Below, one piece after another: positions 41,326-52,316 of a DNA stretch of 64,000 bases (position 1 is the stretch's first letter; each line of letters begins with the position of its first letter). A program made the translations under genes and the position numbers. The notes below the pieces were generated by a model. That model saw nothing but the letters and a program-made list of their open reading frames with translations. It ran no database searches and was not told the origin of the DNA. Origin of the DNA: a virus; IMG/VR virus record IMGVR_UViG_3300042502_000941, positions 19,455 through 83,454 of that record. One strand, given 5' to 3'.

Positions 41326-42816
41326 TTAAGATTCGATCTTATTTTTTAGTTCTTGAACTTCTTTGTGTAGTTCTTGAATAGATTTTAATAACAATGCGAT
41401 AAGTGGATTATATTTTACAACTTTATATCCTTCAAGATTTTCAGTTACTAAATCAGGATACAATTCTTCAATTTGTTGAGCAATAACACCAAAGTCTTGT
41501 TTTCCATTTGACTTCCAATTAAATTCTATTGGACGTATTTGATTAACTTTAGATAAAGCATTTTCTATAGTTTTGATATTGTCTTTGAGTCTTATATCGG
41601 ACGAAGCGAATGTTGAAAGTGCAACTATATCACCTCTCACGTCCAATTGACCACTGCCACTTACACGTAACAATTTTGTTTGATTGCTACCTGATGTAAT
41701 TAGAAATACATTGGTATTTGGGTTGTAACCTGTTGGCCAACCAGTGGATCCACTTAAATGTAAATGTAATTGAGCATTTACATTATCAGAACTTACTATG
41801 TTACCCACACTTAATAGTCTTTGTCTTGCGCCTAATATTCCCCATCCTGATTTACCAGACTGCCAAATTACATCTTTGCCTGGTAACGCTGATGTATTTA
41901 TATGAGATCCTGAATAATAAATTGCAAAATTAGCAGTTGTTCTTAAATAATTATTAGAAGTTTGTAATCCTAATCCAGAGACCGATTGTCCAGATGCCGA
42001 ATGTTGAATAATTTGTTCGCCAGCAGTAGAAAATTGCAGAGGATTATTCGCAGTTACTCTGCCAGCTGCCATACTACCTAAATTATTAATAGTACTATTT
42101 CTTACAAGATAATTAGTAGAACCCAATGCACTTGTTCCTGACCAATATGAAAATTGATTTGTAGTACCTGTACCTGTTATATTTCCACCTGAATTTAAAG
42201 AATAAGATGCGGTTTTAGCACAACTAGCTGTGCCATAAAATGCTACTTTTCTATTGGCATTATAATGATTTGAAGCGCTGATGTAACCTTTTATACTAGC
42301 TGAAACACTTCCTGAAAATTGTCCTTTTGAAATTCCACTGAAACTACCTGTTAGTTTTGAATTTTTACTAATTATAGTTCCATACAAACTTCCACTAAAA
42401 CTACCACTAGCATTTGCTTTTTTAGTTAATATGTAACCGTTAAAACTACCACTCAACGATCCAGATGTTTGGGATTTACCTGTAGTTAATCCTTTAAAAC
42501 TGCCTGTGAAACTACCTGTATTACGGCCATTAAAATTTCCACTAAAACTACCTGAATGTTTTCCTTTAAAACTGCCTGTAAAACTACCAGTAAAAATACC
42601 TTTTAATGTTTTTGCGGATCCAGAAAAACTTCCTGTGTAAGATCCCGTAACATCTGATAAAAATGTAACTATATCGCCAAATGTACTTTTTCGAGAGTAC
42701 AAGTTATTGGATGATCCAGATTCAATTGTTAAAATTAAATCCTTAGCTGTTAATGTGTTGTATCTTACAAGATCACTAACTTTTATTTGTTGTATTAAAT
42801 TGCAGGTAGTTGACAT
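41326..42816 (-). CDS. Tail fibre protein with a C-terminal peptidase S74 intramolecular chaperone
   Basis: SDIRLKDNIKTIENALSKV...GVIAQQIEELYPDLV; GSFSG repeats. Confidence 0.88.
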   Translation of the reverse strand: MSTTCNLIQQIKVSDLVRYNTLTAKDLILTIESGSSNNLYSRKSTFGDIVTFLSDVTGSYTGSFSGSAKTLKGIFTGSFTGSFKGKHSGSFSGNFNGRNTGSFTGSFKGLTTGKSQTSGSLSGSFNGYILTKKANASGSFSGSLYGTIISKNSKLTGSFSGISKGQFSGSVSASIKGYISASNHYNANRKVAFYGTASCAKTASYSLNSGGNITGTGTTNQFSYWSGTSALGSTNYLVRNSTINNLGSMAAGRVTANNPLQFSTAGEQIIQHSASGQSVSGLGLQTSNNYLRTTANFAIYYSGSHINTSALPGKDVIWQSGKSGWGILGARQRLLSVGNIVSSDNVNAQLHLHLSGSTGWPTGYNPNTNVFLITSGSNQTKLLRVSGSGQLDVRGDIVALSTFASSDIRLKDNIKTIENALSKVNQIRPIEFNWKSNGKQDFGVIAQQIEELYPDLVTENLEGYKVVKYNPLIALLLKSIQELHKEVQELKNKIES

Positions 42817-42818
42817 AA

Positions 42819-43361
42819 TTACTTCCAGGCGTAAATTTTAATATACCACTTTGACGTATCGATGTTATATTGCGATATTACACTAGTACTACTATTGTAA
42901 TCATATGTGGTAATACTAGTGAAAGTGGGTACTATTACTAATATATTACTTGAACGTGAAACAACACTACATATTGGTTTTGTTTCATTATTAAAAAATG
43001 AAGTTACATCAACTTCTTGGTTTATAACAAATCTACCATCATTAGCTGCGCATTGTAAAACTACTCTTACTAAAGATGGTGTTGAAGAAAAACCATGCGA
43101 AAAAGAAAATACATTTCCCAACGAATATGTATAAATATTATTCAAGTCTGTTGTGGTGTTAAATAAAGACGTTGTATAACCAGATATACCATCTGAATTA
43201 ACATAATCTTTTAAATCTGATAAAGTGGATTTTCTAGAATATTTTGAACCACCTGTATTTTCAATAAGCATCAATTGGTCTGCGGCTTTTATATTATTAT
43301 AGCTCGCAAGATCACTGACTTTTATTAATTGAACATTTAAACTGTTACACGGCGTTGACAT
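42819..43361 (-). CDS. Short tail-fibre-related protein
   Basis: N-terminus paralogous to 41326..42816; SHGFSSTPSLVRV; WYIKIYAW. Confidence 0.65.
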   Translation of the reverse strand: MSTPCNSLNVQLIKVSDLASYNNIKAADQLMLIENTGGSKYSRKSTLSDLKDYVNSDGISGYTTSLFNTTTDLNNIYTYSLGNVFSFSHGFSSTPSLVRVVLQCAANDGRFVINQEVDVTSFFNNETKPICSVVSRSSNILVIVPTFTSITTYDYNSSTSVISQYNIDTSKWYIKIYAWK

Positions 43362-43380
43362 ATTTTATAAATATAAAGTA

Positions 43381-45807
43381 TTAAGAGTAAGAAGCTGCGA
43401 TCTTATTTATAAGAATTTCACTGCCCATCAATATGATGGAATATAGATCTCTGGATCCATTTGATGGATTTGACGCTGCACCACTTGGCCACTTTAAAGA
43501 ATTGGTAGTACCGGTTTGCCAGATAAATGATGTACCGCCACTATTATTATAGAAATATAAATAACACACTTTCTTCTGTGTGAGATTTACATTAAATGTT
43601 TGAGCGGCTGTAGCCGTTAGATAAATCATATCATAATCATCAAAACTCAAATTAGTTGTTGCAGCTGCAATAGTAGCACTTACAGTTGTATAATCTTTTT
43701 GATAATTGCCTTTAAAAGATCCAGTTATAATAGCACTATCTGTTTTGGAAATATACGAACCATTATCAACTTTGATACTTCCATATGAATACATCTTGCT
43801 ACCACTGATAGATCCATACGCACGCATATCACCGCTACTGGATACATAAAATGTATTTGCAAAACTACTTGATCCATATTGTACCAATATTGCGGTTTGT
43901 TTATTTTCTACACCAACTGGTGCTCCGCCAACAAATTTACCAGCTAATACTGATCCAGCAACGTTCGCTGCTTGATTACTACCACTAAACATTCTAATTT
44001 GCAACTTAGCACGTAAATACTTGTCTATAGAACCAGTTGGCTCTGCTGGAGGTTGTACGCCTATACCAACTGAACCATCTCTCGCAGCTGAATCTGACTG
44101 GATATATGGCCAGAAGTAAAAACCATTGCGTACTTGTTTAAGTGCAACCATTACACCTGCTGTGCCAGATACACCATTCCAACTTCCGCCACCTGATATA
44201 CCACCCGATAAAGGTGTATCCGATATTCTTGTTGTAATGGTACTATTTTTAAGATGATAGGATCCTGTGGTAATACTCAATGTCAAACTACCACTAGTAA
44301 CAGATGATATAAACCATTGATCTTGGTTTGGATAACCGGTTGATCTGTTTTTATTTTGTAATACAAACGCAGCTGAACTATATATACCAGATCCTCTATT
44401 GACCACTGTCAAATTAGATTGTGCATATTTAGCGGAAGCTGATATATAAAAATTAATTTGTCCAGACTCATTTTTATAAAATAGTGGGGATGTTGTTAAT
44501 CTATTACCGAAAAAATATGGTACAGCACTTGAACTATTTAAAGATCCTTTTAATAAATAAGAGGATGTTAATGAAGTAGTTGATGAATCAGCTGCTATGG
44601 CGTATAAAGCATTATCAACTGTTCCAAGAACCGTTGAAGCTCGCAATGCGTATGAAGCGCTAGTGGTTCTAGTAGAATAACTACCACTTATAGCTTTACT
44701 TGAAGTACGTGCGTAACTACTTGAAAAAGAAGAATATTTTAAATTGCCATTATATGAATAACTAGCTGTGCCGTTTGATCTTAAATTAGACCAATTCAAA
44801 TATGAAGCTGAATCTGCTGTGGTTGACATACACATACTTGAAGTTTGTGCATAGCTACTTGATAAAGATGATAACTCACCCAATCCGTTGTAAGAATAAC
44901 TGGATGTGCCTACAAATAATGGGGATTCAATATACACACTAGAATATATACTAGCAGCTGATATATTGTTAAAATCACTTGTGCCTGTTGTAGATGTTAC
45001 ATTGCCTCTTAATTTGCCTTTTAAACTACCCGTCATTGAAATATTACCACTGCCAGAAAATACTCCTGAAAATCCATTTACGGAATATATCTTTGACCCT
45101 GATATAATCCTCGGTAAAATTGTTCCAATTGTAGAATTGTTAATAGTAACGTTTTCAATTACACCAGAACTTATAGTAACGTTGTTTACCTCGGCATTTA
45201 CAGCATATAAATTATTATTTACGTCTACATTGTTAAATGAACTTTTACCTGTGCCAATCGTTACATTGCCTAATAAACGTCCTTTTAAACTGCCTGTTAT
45301 ACCCGCACTAGCTGTAATTTGTTCAAGTTTAAAAGGTGTATTTTCAAGAACCAATCCATTTGAATAGTCAAGCATTGTTATTTGACTATTTATAGAATTT
45401 CCAGTAAACGTAATATTACCACCACCGCCAGTTGCTTGATTAACATCTATTGTCTTTGCATAGATTCCCAAAAAGGTTGGCGCGGATGGATTATATCCAA
45501 TAGTAAGATAATCGCTTACTATGGCTCTTTTAAATACATTTGGTACATTTTGACTTATGACGGAATAGTTATCACCTTCAAAACTTCTGAATGAACCTAT
45601 GTATCTGTTATTTGGACCTGTAAAATTTAAACTATCAAACGACGTTAAAAGATCGCCGGTCTTTTGTACAAAACTATTGACAGTAGATTTTTTAGTTGAG
45701 TTGCTACTCACACTTTGTATGATTAAATAATCATTGTCGCCAATATTACCAGATGTTAATGTTGGTAATTCGGGAACGGTCCTACCTTGATTGGATACTA
45801 TCGCCAT
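43381..45807 (-). CDS. Tail fibre protein
   Basis: TASYA/SSSYA repeats, GSLKG repeats, C-terminal LKWPSG...DLYSI. Confidence 0.75.
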   Translation of the reverse strand: MAIVSNQGRTVPELPTLTSGNIGDNDYLIIQSVSSNSTKKSTVNSFVQKTGDLLTSFDSLNFTGPNNRYIGSFRSFEGDNYSVISQNVPNVFKRAIVSDYLTIGYNPSAPTFLGIYAKTIDVNQATGGGGNITFTGNSINSQITMLDYSNGLVLENTPFKLEQITASAGITGSLKGRLLGNVTIGTGKSSFNNVDVNNNLYAVNAEVNNVTISSGVIENVTINNSTIGTILPRIISGSKIYSVNGFSGVFSGSGNISMTGSLKGKLRGNVTSTTGTSDFNNISAASIYSSVYIESPLFVGTSSYSYNGLGELSSLSSSYAQTSSMCMSTTADSASYLNWSNLRSNGTASYSYNGNLKYSSFSSSYARTSSKAISGSYSTRTTSASYALRASTVLGTVDNALYAIAADSSTTSLTSSYLLKGSLNSSSAVPYFFGNRLTTSPLFYKNESGQINFYISASAKYAQSNLTVVNRGSGIYSSAAFVLQNKNRSTGYPNQDQWFISSVTSGSLTLSITTGSYHLKNSTITTRISDTPLSGGISGGGSWNGVSGTAGVMVALKQVRNGFYFWPYIQSDSAARDGSVGIGVQPPAEPTGSIDKYLRAKLQIRMFSGSNQAANVAGSVLAGKFVGGAPVGVENKQTAILVQYGSSSFANTFYVSSSGDMRAYGSISGSKMYSYGSIKVDNGSYISKTDSAIITGSFKGNYQKDYTTVSATIAAATTNLSFDDYDMIYLTATAAQTFNVNLTQKKVCYLYFYNNSGGTSFIWQTGTTNSLKWPSGAASNPSNGSRDLYSIILMGSEILINKIAASYS

Positions 45808-45827
45808 ATTATATTAATAATTATTAA

Positions 45828-46538
45828 TCAACTAACGTTTTTTAGTTTTTTTAATATAAATTTTACTAAACCACTCCGAACAATGTCGTCTTCATCAAAT
45901 TTGAATACATAAATTCCATTATTTCTACTTTCTTCATCGTCGAAAACATTCATCATTGGCACAAATCCACTTTTACCGTTGATATCACTTTGATCTGGAT
46001 CGCCACAGATAAATAACTTACTGAATTCACCCACACGTGTGATCAATGTTATTAGTTCTTTTTTACTCATATTCTGAGCTTCATCTGCTACGATACATTT
46101 AGCATTCCAACTTAAACCACGTAAAAAATTGATTGGGAATCCGTGAATACGTTCCTCTTTTTTCAATTTATCAATATCGTGTTTTGGCAACAATTCTTCT
46201 AATTTGTCTATCAATGGTTGGATATATGGACTCATTTTTTCATCCATTTCACCAGGCAAAAATCCTAATTTACTATCGCTGCTTTCAACTATACTTCTAA
46301 CATATATAATTTCACTCACCCTTTTATGATTCAATAAGGTTAAACCTGCTAATATTGACGTATATGTTTTGGCAGTTCCAGCTGGCCCAGAAATAAAGAC
46401 TAGTTTGGTTGTTTTATTTTGTAATAAATTTAATAATTCAATCTGTTTAGATGTAAGTTGTCGTTCATCTATTCTAACTGATTCTTTAATTTTTTCGTTT
46501 TGGTGAACCTTTGGACTTGTGTCTTTTTTCTTGTTCAT
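45828..46538 (-). CDS. phoH: PhoH-family ATPase
   Basis: GPAGTAKT, LGFLPG, FLRGLSW, ADEAQN, GDPDQSD, DIVRSGLV. Confidence 0.95.
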   Translation of the reverse strand: MNKKKDTSPKVHQNEKIKESVRIDERQLTSKQIELLNLLQNKTTKLVFISGPAGTAKTYTSILAGLTLLNHKRVSEIIYVRSIVESSDSKLGFLPGEMDEKMSPYIQPLIDKLEELLPKHDIDKLKKEERIHGFPINFLRGLSWNAKCIVADEAQNMSKKELITLITRVGEFSKLFICGDPDQSDINGKSGFVPMMNVFDDEESRNNGIYVFKFDEDDIVRSGLVKFILKKLKNVS

Positions 46539-46839
46539 TTTTTTGGTTTAGTTGTTGTTTAATATTTAAAACACGTCCGCAATGTTCATATGTCTCAGAT
46601 GAGATATAATAATTATAAATACTATTTAAATTACTTTCAAATGAATCACGGACTAATACTACTATGAAATCAGAATCTTTAAAATTAAAGACCTCTATCG
46701 CATTCAAATTGTTCTTCACCGCGTAACATATAGACGAAACAATTTGTTCCATCAACTTAATTTTATTGACTTTAATCAAACCCTCCATCTGACTATAATC
46801 AGATGGCAAAGTTAATGAAGAGTATTTATCTATCATCAT
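46486..46839 (-). CDS. Hypothetical protein
   Basis: 117-aa ORF with a UVR-like YEHCGRV segment. Confidence 0.65.
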   Translation of the reverse strand: MMIDKYSSLTLPSDYSQMEGLIKVNKIKLMEQIVSSICYAVKNNLNAIEVFNFKDSDFIVVLVRDSFESNLNSIYNYYISSETYEHCGRVLNIKQQLNQKNEQEKRHKSKGSPKRKN

Positions 46840-46862
46840 ATATAAGTATATAAGAAAAAATA

Positions 46863-46889
46863 AAGACGTTACCGAAGTAACGTCTTTTC
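46863..46889 (-). terminator. Rho-independent terminator
   Basis: AAGACGTTAC-CGAA-GTAACGTCTT (UUCG loop on the minus strand). Confidence 0.8.
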
Positions 46890-46909
46890 ACAATCAATTT
46901 AACCACCTC

Positions 46910-47143
46910 TTACTTTTTCTTTTTCTTCTTTACGGGTTTATTGTTGTCAGTTTCAACATTTTCTATTGCTGGTTTAGTTGAATTTAACTGATGTAATTTT
47001 TTTGTGGATGAATTTTTCCAAGAACGAATTGTTTCTGGAGACGCATCTACAAATGTTTTGCTCAACTGTAATAAATCTAATACTTCTTTTTCTGTGCTAG
47101 CTGCGTTAATCTTCTGTTTTAAGCCAAATATATTACCACTCAT
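46910..47143 (-). CDS. Hypothetical protein
   Basis: 77-aa ORF. Confidence 0.6.
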   Translation of the reverse strand: MSGNIFGLKQKINAASTEKEVLDLLQLSKTFVDASPETIRSWKNSSTKKLHQLNSTKPAIENVETDNNKPVKKKKKK

Positions 47144-47334
47144 TATTTACCTTTCACTTCTACAATTTCAATTTTAGATCCATCAGGCCACCGATTAAGG
47201 ATTGATGACCAATGTTCATATTCAGTTTTAGCTTCGACTTTGGAAACATATTCCAAATCTGAAACTCGTCTGCCATCACGTAGAATTACGTACTTAATAT
47301 TGCTATCTATAACACTGTCACTTTTAACTGTCAT
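47143..47334 (-). CDS. Hypothetical protein
   Basis: 63-aa ORF downstream of a sigma70 promoter. Confidence 0.6.
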   Translation of the reverse strand: MTVKSDSVIDSNIKYVILRDGRRVSDLEYVSKVEAKTEYEHWSSILNRWPDGSKIEIVEVKGK

Positions 47335-47411
47335 ACTAATTTATACTTTAATATTTAAACGTGGTAATATATTTACGAGTTCTAAGATTACCAGTCTCAG
47401 AACATAATCTG

Positions 47412-47440
47412 ATAATACATACAAATAACAACTATGTCAA
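47412..47440 (-). promoter_or_regulatory. Sigma70-type early promoter
   Basis: TTGACA-N17-TATTAT. Confidence 0.75.
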
Positions 47441-47485
47441 CTTTATTTTAATCAACATTTATTTACATCTATATATTTATTAAAT

Positions 47486-49897
47486 ATGATATCTTTATTG
47501 GGGGAAAATCAATGGTTAAATCTGAATTTATCTAAACGAGAGATTGATAATTTTAAAAAATCCGAATTTACATTCAATCGAATGTTAAATGAATTATCTA
47601 TTCTACACGGATGTATAGAAAATAACACTCTACATTTAGCAGAATTTAAACTAAGTGTTGGTACCCGCAAAACATTAAGAGAAATATACAAACACAATCA
47701 ACAAATTTCAGACACATCACTGTTAGTAGAAGCCGCCACCGATCCAGTATCAACAGCGGATACTTCAAAAAAGATATTATCTCTAATCAATAAATTCCAT
47801 ACAGATAATAAACAATATCTAGATAATGTTGGTTCTGATGCAAGACTAAAAGACATATCGTTACCAAAAAATATTGGAGCCGAGCCAAGCATCATTCAAA
47901 AGGCCGCATTAAAAACAAAAGAATTGGGTGGTAAAGCTGGCCAGATTGCAATAACTTTATTTCAATCAATTGTGGTAAATGCACTCAATAGATTTGTAAA
48001 GTGGTCGTCTACATTAAAATCAGATATTTTAGACGCTAAAAAACAAGGATCAGCTTGGCAAATGATAATGGCCAAATTGGGCCCAAGTATGAAGATTGCG
48101 AAAAGAGCAGCTGATGGTACCATAACATATGAGACTGATTCTTCTGGAACATCAATGTTGAGCAAATTACAAGATTTTACAAAGTTGAATCCAAAATGGA
48201 CCAATACAATAATCGGTTTGTTAATTAACATCACAAAAATGTTATCGGTATCATTCGCGGGTGCTACTGTAGGCACATCATTGGCAATCGGCGTTTTCGT
48301 TGGTTTATTAATAAGAACAGTCGCTGGTCATTATCTCAAAAAAGAAACTTGGGGAGAAGCATTTAAGAAGTCATTAGTAGTCACAGGTTTATCTTTAGTT
48401 GGTGGATCACTTACAAAAGGATTATTTAGTTACTTCAAAGGCGGGGGATTTATTGACGGTGCTAAATCTTACTTTACAGGAGATGCGGCGACTGCTATAT
48501 CAGATAAAAACGTTATCAGTGGAAATGTCGAAGTATCTGAAGTTGATATATCAAAATTAATGGTTAGCAAGCTTCCGGGTGGTAATACAAAGTTATTTGA
48601 TATTATCAGTACAAATAAAAAATTGTATGACGCTTTTAAAGAAGAAGCAGAATCACAAAATTTTAGTGCAGACTTGTCAGGAATAAAACAATATCTTAGA
48701 TTAACGGCCAACGATGACATTAGCGTTGTTATTAATGGCGCAGGTGGATTACCTAAAAATTTATTAAATGTAGCTGCAGATGCAGCAAGTGCAATGAAAA
48801 TAGGCGCATCAAATACAATTGCTGATATTGATTTGATGAAATTAAAACCAAATGATTTTGCTGATCAGCTCAAGAATTTTGCAGAAACTGTTGACAACAA
48901 TGATGGTATAGAAGTTCTCAAATCATTTCTCAAAACCAAAGGATATGATGAAAATGCAGTCAACGCCATAGTAAAAAAACTTGTAGGTGAAAAAGCAGGA
49001 CAAATAGATTCATTTAGTGATTGGTTTGATGCTAGAGAGTCTCATACTGATAAATGGTTAGATTGGATGTCACGTAGAGTAAAAAACAGCGGAATATTGA
49101 ATGGAGCAGCATCCAAATCAACATCAAATGCAGCAGATGTAGCATCACAAGCCGTAACACGCACAGCAACTGGTGCTACACAATCCCTAAAAGAACTTGG
49201 AAAACTCGCACTGGGCGGAGATGCAAAAGCAGCAGATGACTATATGCAAAAGTTTTTGGTATCGGGTAGAGGAGGCGAAGATCAATATAGAATCTTGAAA
49301 ACAGCTCTGGATGCCGGAATAATTGATAAACAACAATTTTATTCAGGAGTTGGAACAAAAACACTCAATTTGACTGCTGAATTAAGAGGTCATATACCAA
49401 TATCTATAAATGGCGTAAATGTTATTGATAAATTGACTCCGGATGAAGCGAAGGCTGCACACGTTGCAATGAGTGTGGCTAAACAGATGGGAAATGCAGT
49501 TGATGAAGATGCTTTAGCTAAGCTGGCAACAAAAGCTGGAAAGGCAGTAACAAACGTTGCGTCTACCGCTGTAAGTGGTCTTAAAAATATAACTGGTGAA
49601 CAGTTAAAAACATTAAATCAATCACTTGGATATGGAAATTTAATAGAAAAACTTGAGGATCCAGAATATTACAATAAATTTTTAAAACCAGCTTTGGAAA
49701 AAATGTATCCCGGCTCAGAACCCGACAGGGTTCTTACTTCTCTTGCTAATAGTATAGCTAGCAAAGACGTTTCTCAAGAAAATCTAGATATCTTCGCTAA
49801 AGTTATAAATTCAGCCGGCGGTTTACCACAATCCATAGTTGCTTCAACAGTAAAAGAATCAGTATACAAGACGCTGATTAAAAAACTATATATATAA
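47486..49897 (+). CDS. Large helical protein with hydrophobic segments, possible internal virion/ejection protein
   Basis: 803 aa; hydrophobic [21 protein letters not shown]; TATTTATT motif 4 nt upstream. Confidence 0.7.
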   Translation: MISLLGENQWLNLNLSKREIDNFKKSEFTFNRMLNELSILHGCIENNTLHLAEFKLSVGTRKTLREIYKHNQQISDTSLLVEAATDPVSTADTSKKILSLINKFHTDNKQYLDNVGSDARLKDISLPKNIGAEPSIIQKAALKTKELGGKAGQIAITLFQSIVVNALNRFVKWSSTLKSDILDAKKQGSAWQMIMAKLGPSMKIAKRAADGTITYETDSSGTSMLSKLQDFTKLNPKWTNTIIGLLINITKMLSVSFAGATVGTSLAIGVFVGLLIRTVAGHYLKKETWGEAFKKSLVVTGLSLVGGSLTKGLFSYFKGGGFIDGAKSYFTGDAATAISDKNVISGNVEVSEVDISKLMVSKLPGGNTKLFDIISTNKKLYDAFKEEAESQNFSADLSGIKQYLRLTANDDISVVINGAGGLPKNLLNVAADAASAMKIGASNTIADIDLMKLKPNDFADQLKNFAETVDNNDGIEVLKSFLKTKGYDENAVNAIVKKLVGEKAGQIDSFSDWFDARESHTDKWLDWMSRRVKNSGILNGAASKSTSNAADVASQAVTRTATGATQSLKELGKLALGGDAKAADDYMQKFLVSGRGGEDQYRILKTALDAGIIDKQQFYSGVGTKTLNLTAELRGHIPISINGVNVIDKLTPDEAKAAHVAMSVAKQMGNAVDEDALAKLATKAGKAVTNVASTAVSGLKNITGEQLKTLNQSLGYGNLIEKLEDPEYYNKFLKPALEKMYPGSEPDRVLTSLANSIASKDVSQENLDIFAKVINSAGGLPQSIVASTVKESVYKTLIKKLYI

Positions 49898-49898
49898 T

Positions 49899-51761
49899 AT
49901 GAACGAAATAAATTACACCGAAGAGTTGTATAAAGAATTTTTAAACGAAGCTGGTTTTTTAGATAAACTAAAAGGATCAGTGGGCTTAGGCGGAAAAAAA
50001 GAATTGTCAGCTAATGATCTTGAAGTTTTGGATAAAAATGTAGACGCTCTTTTAACCAGTATTGCAGATGAAATAGGATCCACCAAAGAAAATCTTATTA
50101 ACGATCTCACAAATGGCCCAAGTAAATATTTAATTACCCCCGAAATAATTCCATATGCAACACAGTTAACAGATTTATCAAATAAGATTAAATCGGTAAG
50201 AAGTACTGCAGGCACCACAGGTACTGCAGGCACCACAGGTACTGCAGGCACAACAGGTACCACAGGCACAACAGGTACCACAGGCACAACAGGTACTGCA
50301 GGCACCACAGGTACTGCAGGCACAACAGGTACCACAGGCACAAAAGGTACAACAGGCACAACAGGCACCACAGGCACAACAGGCACATCGGGCACAACAG
50401 GTACCACAGGCACAACAGGCACATCAGGCACATCAGGCACAACAGGTAGATCTGGATATCAAACTACAAAAATTGCTAATTTAAATTGGGGTGATGATAT
50501 TGGACGTGGAATTACATTAAAACAAATAGATGTAAGTAAAATAAAACAAGATTTTGAGAATTTATATGATAATTTGCCGGTGGATGCCAAGAATGTTTTA
50601 AATAATATAACAGATAATAGTAAAATAATACCTAAAAATATAGAATTACCTATTAAATCTACTGTTATAAAAGAAATAGATGAATTATCTTATTGGGACG
50701 ATAATACTAAAAAGAATGAATTTATAAGTAGTTTCGAAAAAATAATTAAGACAGTTGCTCCATCATTGGGTATTGAACCATATGAACTTAAAAAACTTTA
50801 TATCATTTTACATAAAAATGGCATAGGTCCGATTTTCAATAAATTATATGCTGCTTATATTGTATTAAAAGCTGGCAAATCTATAGAAGATGCTTTTTCA
50901 AATGTAACGTTGCCAAGTGATCCAGGCACAACTGGCACTGCAGGCACAACTGGCACAACTGGCACAACTGGCACTGCAGGCACAACTGGCACAACTGGCA
51001 CAACAGGTACTGCAGGCACAACTGGCACAACTGGCACAACAGGTACTGCAGGCACAACTGGCACAACTGGCACAACAGGTACTGCAGGCACAACTGGCAC
51101 AACAGGTACTGCAGGCACAACAGGTACTGCAGGCACAACAGGTACTGCAGGCACAACAGGCACATCAGGTATAGATGAAGATAAATTGACACCGGATGAA
51201 ATAAATAAATTTGGTGCTTATTATTCACAATTAATAAGACTTCAATCCGAACTTAAAAAAGGATTGGGCAAAGATTTACAAATAAATAAAGGCGTAAGTA
51301 GATATTTCTCCACTTTAAAAAATTCATTGGAATCATTAAAACTACTTGATTTTATTTCAGTAGAAAATAAACCTATAGCAAAAAAATTAAAGAAAAAATT
51401 TATCAAACGATTTTTATGGGAATTGAATAACACTCCTTCAATTTCTCAAGTCAAAGATTTAATTGGTAAAATAAATGAACAAGAGTCGGCCGAGAGTCTC
51501 GGCAAGGCGGTGGAAACTGGAATCACACCTTCTTCTAATTTATTAGCACAATCAAAATCTATAATTGAAGATATAAAGAAAAGTTTACCCTCAATGGTAA
51601 TGTTATTAAAAGAACTTTCAAAAAGTAAAATATCTTCAAACGAGGATAAAATGTTAATGGGTGTTTTAAAGAAATTCTTAAAAGCGATAGTTAATAAAAA
51701 TACACAAGATTTAGTAATAGATCCCAAAGTAAAAAATTCAATCGATTCTTTATCAAAATAA
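49899..51761 (+). CDS. Protein with two Gly-Thr-X repeat tracts
   Basis: 620 aa; (GTT/GTA/GTS)n tracts. Confidence 0.75.
   Translation: MNEINYTEELYKEFLNEAGFLDKLKGSVGLGGKKELSANDLEVLDKNVDALLTSIADEIGSTKENLINDLTNGPSKYLITPEIIPYATQLTDLSNKIKSVRSTAGTTGTAGTTGTAGTTGTTGTTGTTGTTGTAGTTGTAGTTGTTGTKGTTGTTGTTGTTGTSGTTGTTGTTGTSGTSGTTGRSGYQTTKIANLNWGDDIGRGITLKQIDVSKIKQDFENLYDNLPVDAKNVLNNITDNSKIIPKNIELPIKSTVIKEIDELSYWDDNTKKNEFISSFEKIIKTVAPSLGIEPYELKKLYIILHKNGIGPIFNKLYAAYIVLKAGKSIEDAFSNVTLPSDPGTTGTAGTTGTTGTTGTAGTTGTTGTTGTAGTTGTTGTTGTAGTTGTTGTTGTAGTTGTTGTAGTTGTAGTTGTAGTTGTSGIDEDKLTPDEINKFGAYYSQLIRLQSELKKGLGKDLQINKGVSRYFSTLKNSLESLKLLDFISVENKPIAKKLKKKFIKRFLWELNNTPSISQVKDLIGKINEQESAESLGKAVETGITPSSNLLAQSKSIIEDIKKSLPSMVMLLKELSKSKISSNEDKMLMGVLKKFLKAIVNKNTQDLVIDPKVKNSIDSLSK
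50203..50447 (+). repeat. 9-bp tandem repeat encoding (GTT/GTA/GTS)n, tract 1
   Basis: ggcacaaca / ggtactgca / ggcaccaca units. Confidence 0.92.
50925..51170 (+). repeat. 9-bp tandem repeat encoding (GTT/GTA)n, tract 2
   Basis: ggcacaact / ggtactgca / ggcacaaca units. Confidence 0.92.
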
Positions 51762-51812
51762 CACAATATAATAATTTACAAAAACAATTATTAGATATGT
51801 ATCTAAAATATT

Positions 51813-52097
51813 ATGAGTGATGTTACTAAATTTACAGAACAAGAAATGCAAGAAATCGCAATCGTTCAATCCAAATATCAACAAAAAATATTTGAACTCG
51901 GACAACTGCAATTGGAAGAAATTGAATTGGACCAAACCAAAACCGAATTAACTGATCGTAGATCAGCTATTCTCGTCGAGTGGAAAGATATTCAAAAACT
52001 AGAAGAAAGTCTACTTAATAATCTAGCTACAAAATATGGCGATGGTAGTCTCAATTTAAAAGACGGCACATTTAAACCCGCCGCCAAACAACAGTAA
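51813..52097 (+). CDS. Hypothetical coiled-coil protein
   Basis: C-terminal KYGDGSLNLKDGTF. Confidence 0.75.
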   Translation: MSDVTKFTEQEMQEIAIVQSKYQQKIFELGQLQLEEIELDQTKTELTDRRSAILVEWKDIQKLEESLLNNLATKYGDGSLNLKDGTFKPAAKQQ

Positions 52098-52100
52098 TAA

Positions 52101-52128
52101 AAAAACCCGGTTTTTACACCGGGTTTTG
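52101..52128. terminator. Bidirectional terminator between convergent genes
   Basis: AAAAACCCGGT-TTTTAC-ACCGGGTTTT. Confidence 0.85.
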
Positions 52129-52130
52129 TT

Positions 52131-52316
52131 TTATTTAGTTGGATCTCCAGACGAAGCTTCTTCTACTATAGCTTTAATTTCAGATTCAATTTCTTTCATT
52201 CGATCTTTGTATCCACTAGCTACATCCTTAAAATCTTTTCTAACATGCAAAAGATCTTCAGTTAATTGATACACTTTCTTTTCGGCTTCGGCCTTCGTTA
52301 GTTTAATATTACTCAT
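52131..52316 (-). CDS. Hypothetical coiled-coil protein
   Basis: 61-aa ORF. Confidence 0.65.
   Translation of the reverse strand: MSNIKLTKAEAEKKVYQLTEDLLHVRKDFKDVASGYKDRMKEIESEIKAIVEEASSGDPTK

Noticed and set aside
468-45594. Many short plus-strand ORFs in the track (e.g. 468..653, 6334..6642, 32877..33365, 44906..45367)
   Set aside because: They are antisense shadows of well-supported minus-strand genes, with no motifs or initiation signals.
49913-51228. Cys/Leu-rich, VPVVP and QLAQ ORFs; possible CRISPR array
   Set aside because: These are alternative-frame shadows of the 9-bp Gly-Thr-X coding repeat, with no unique spacers.
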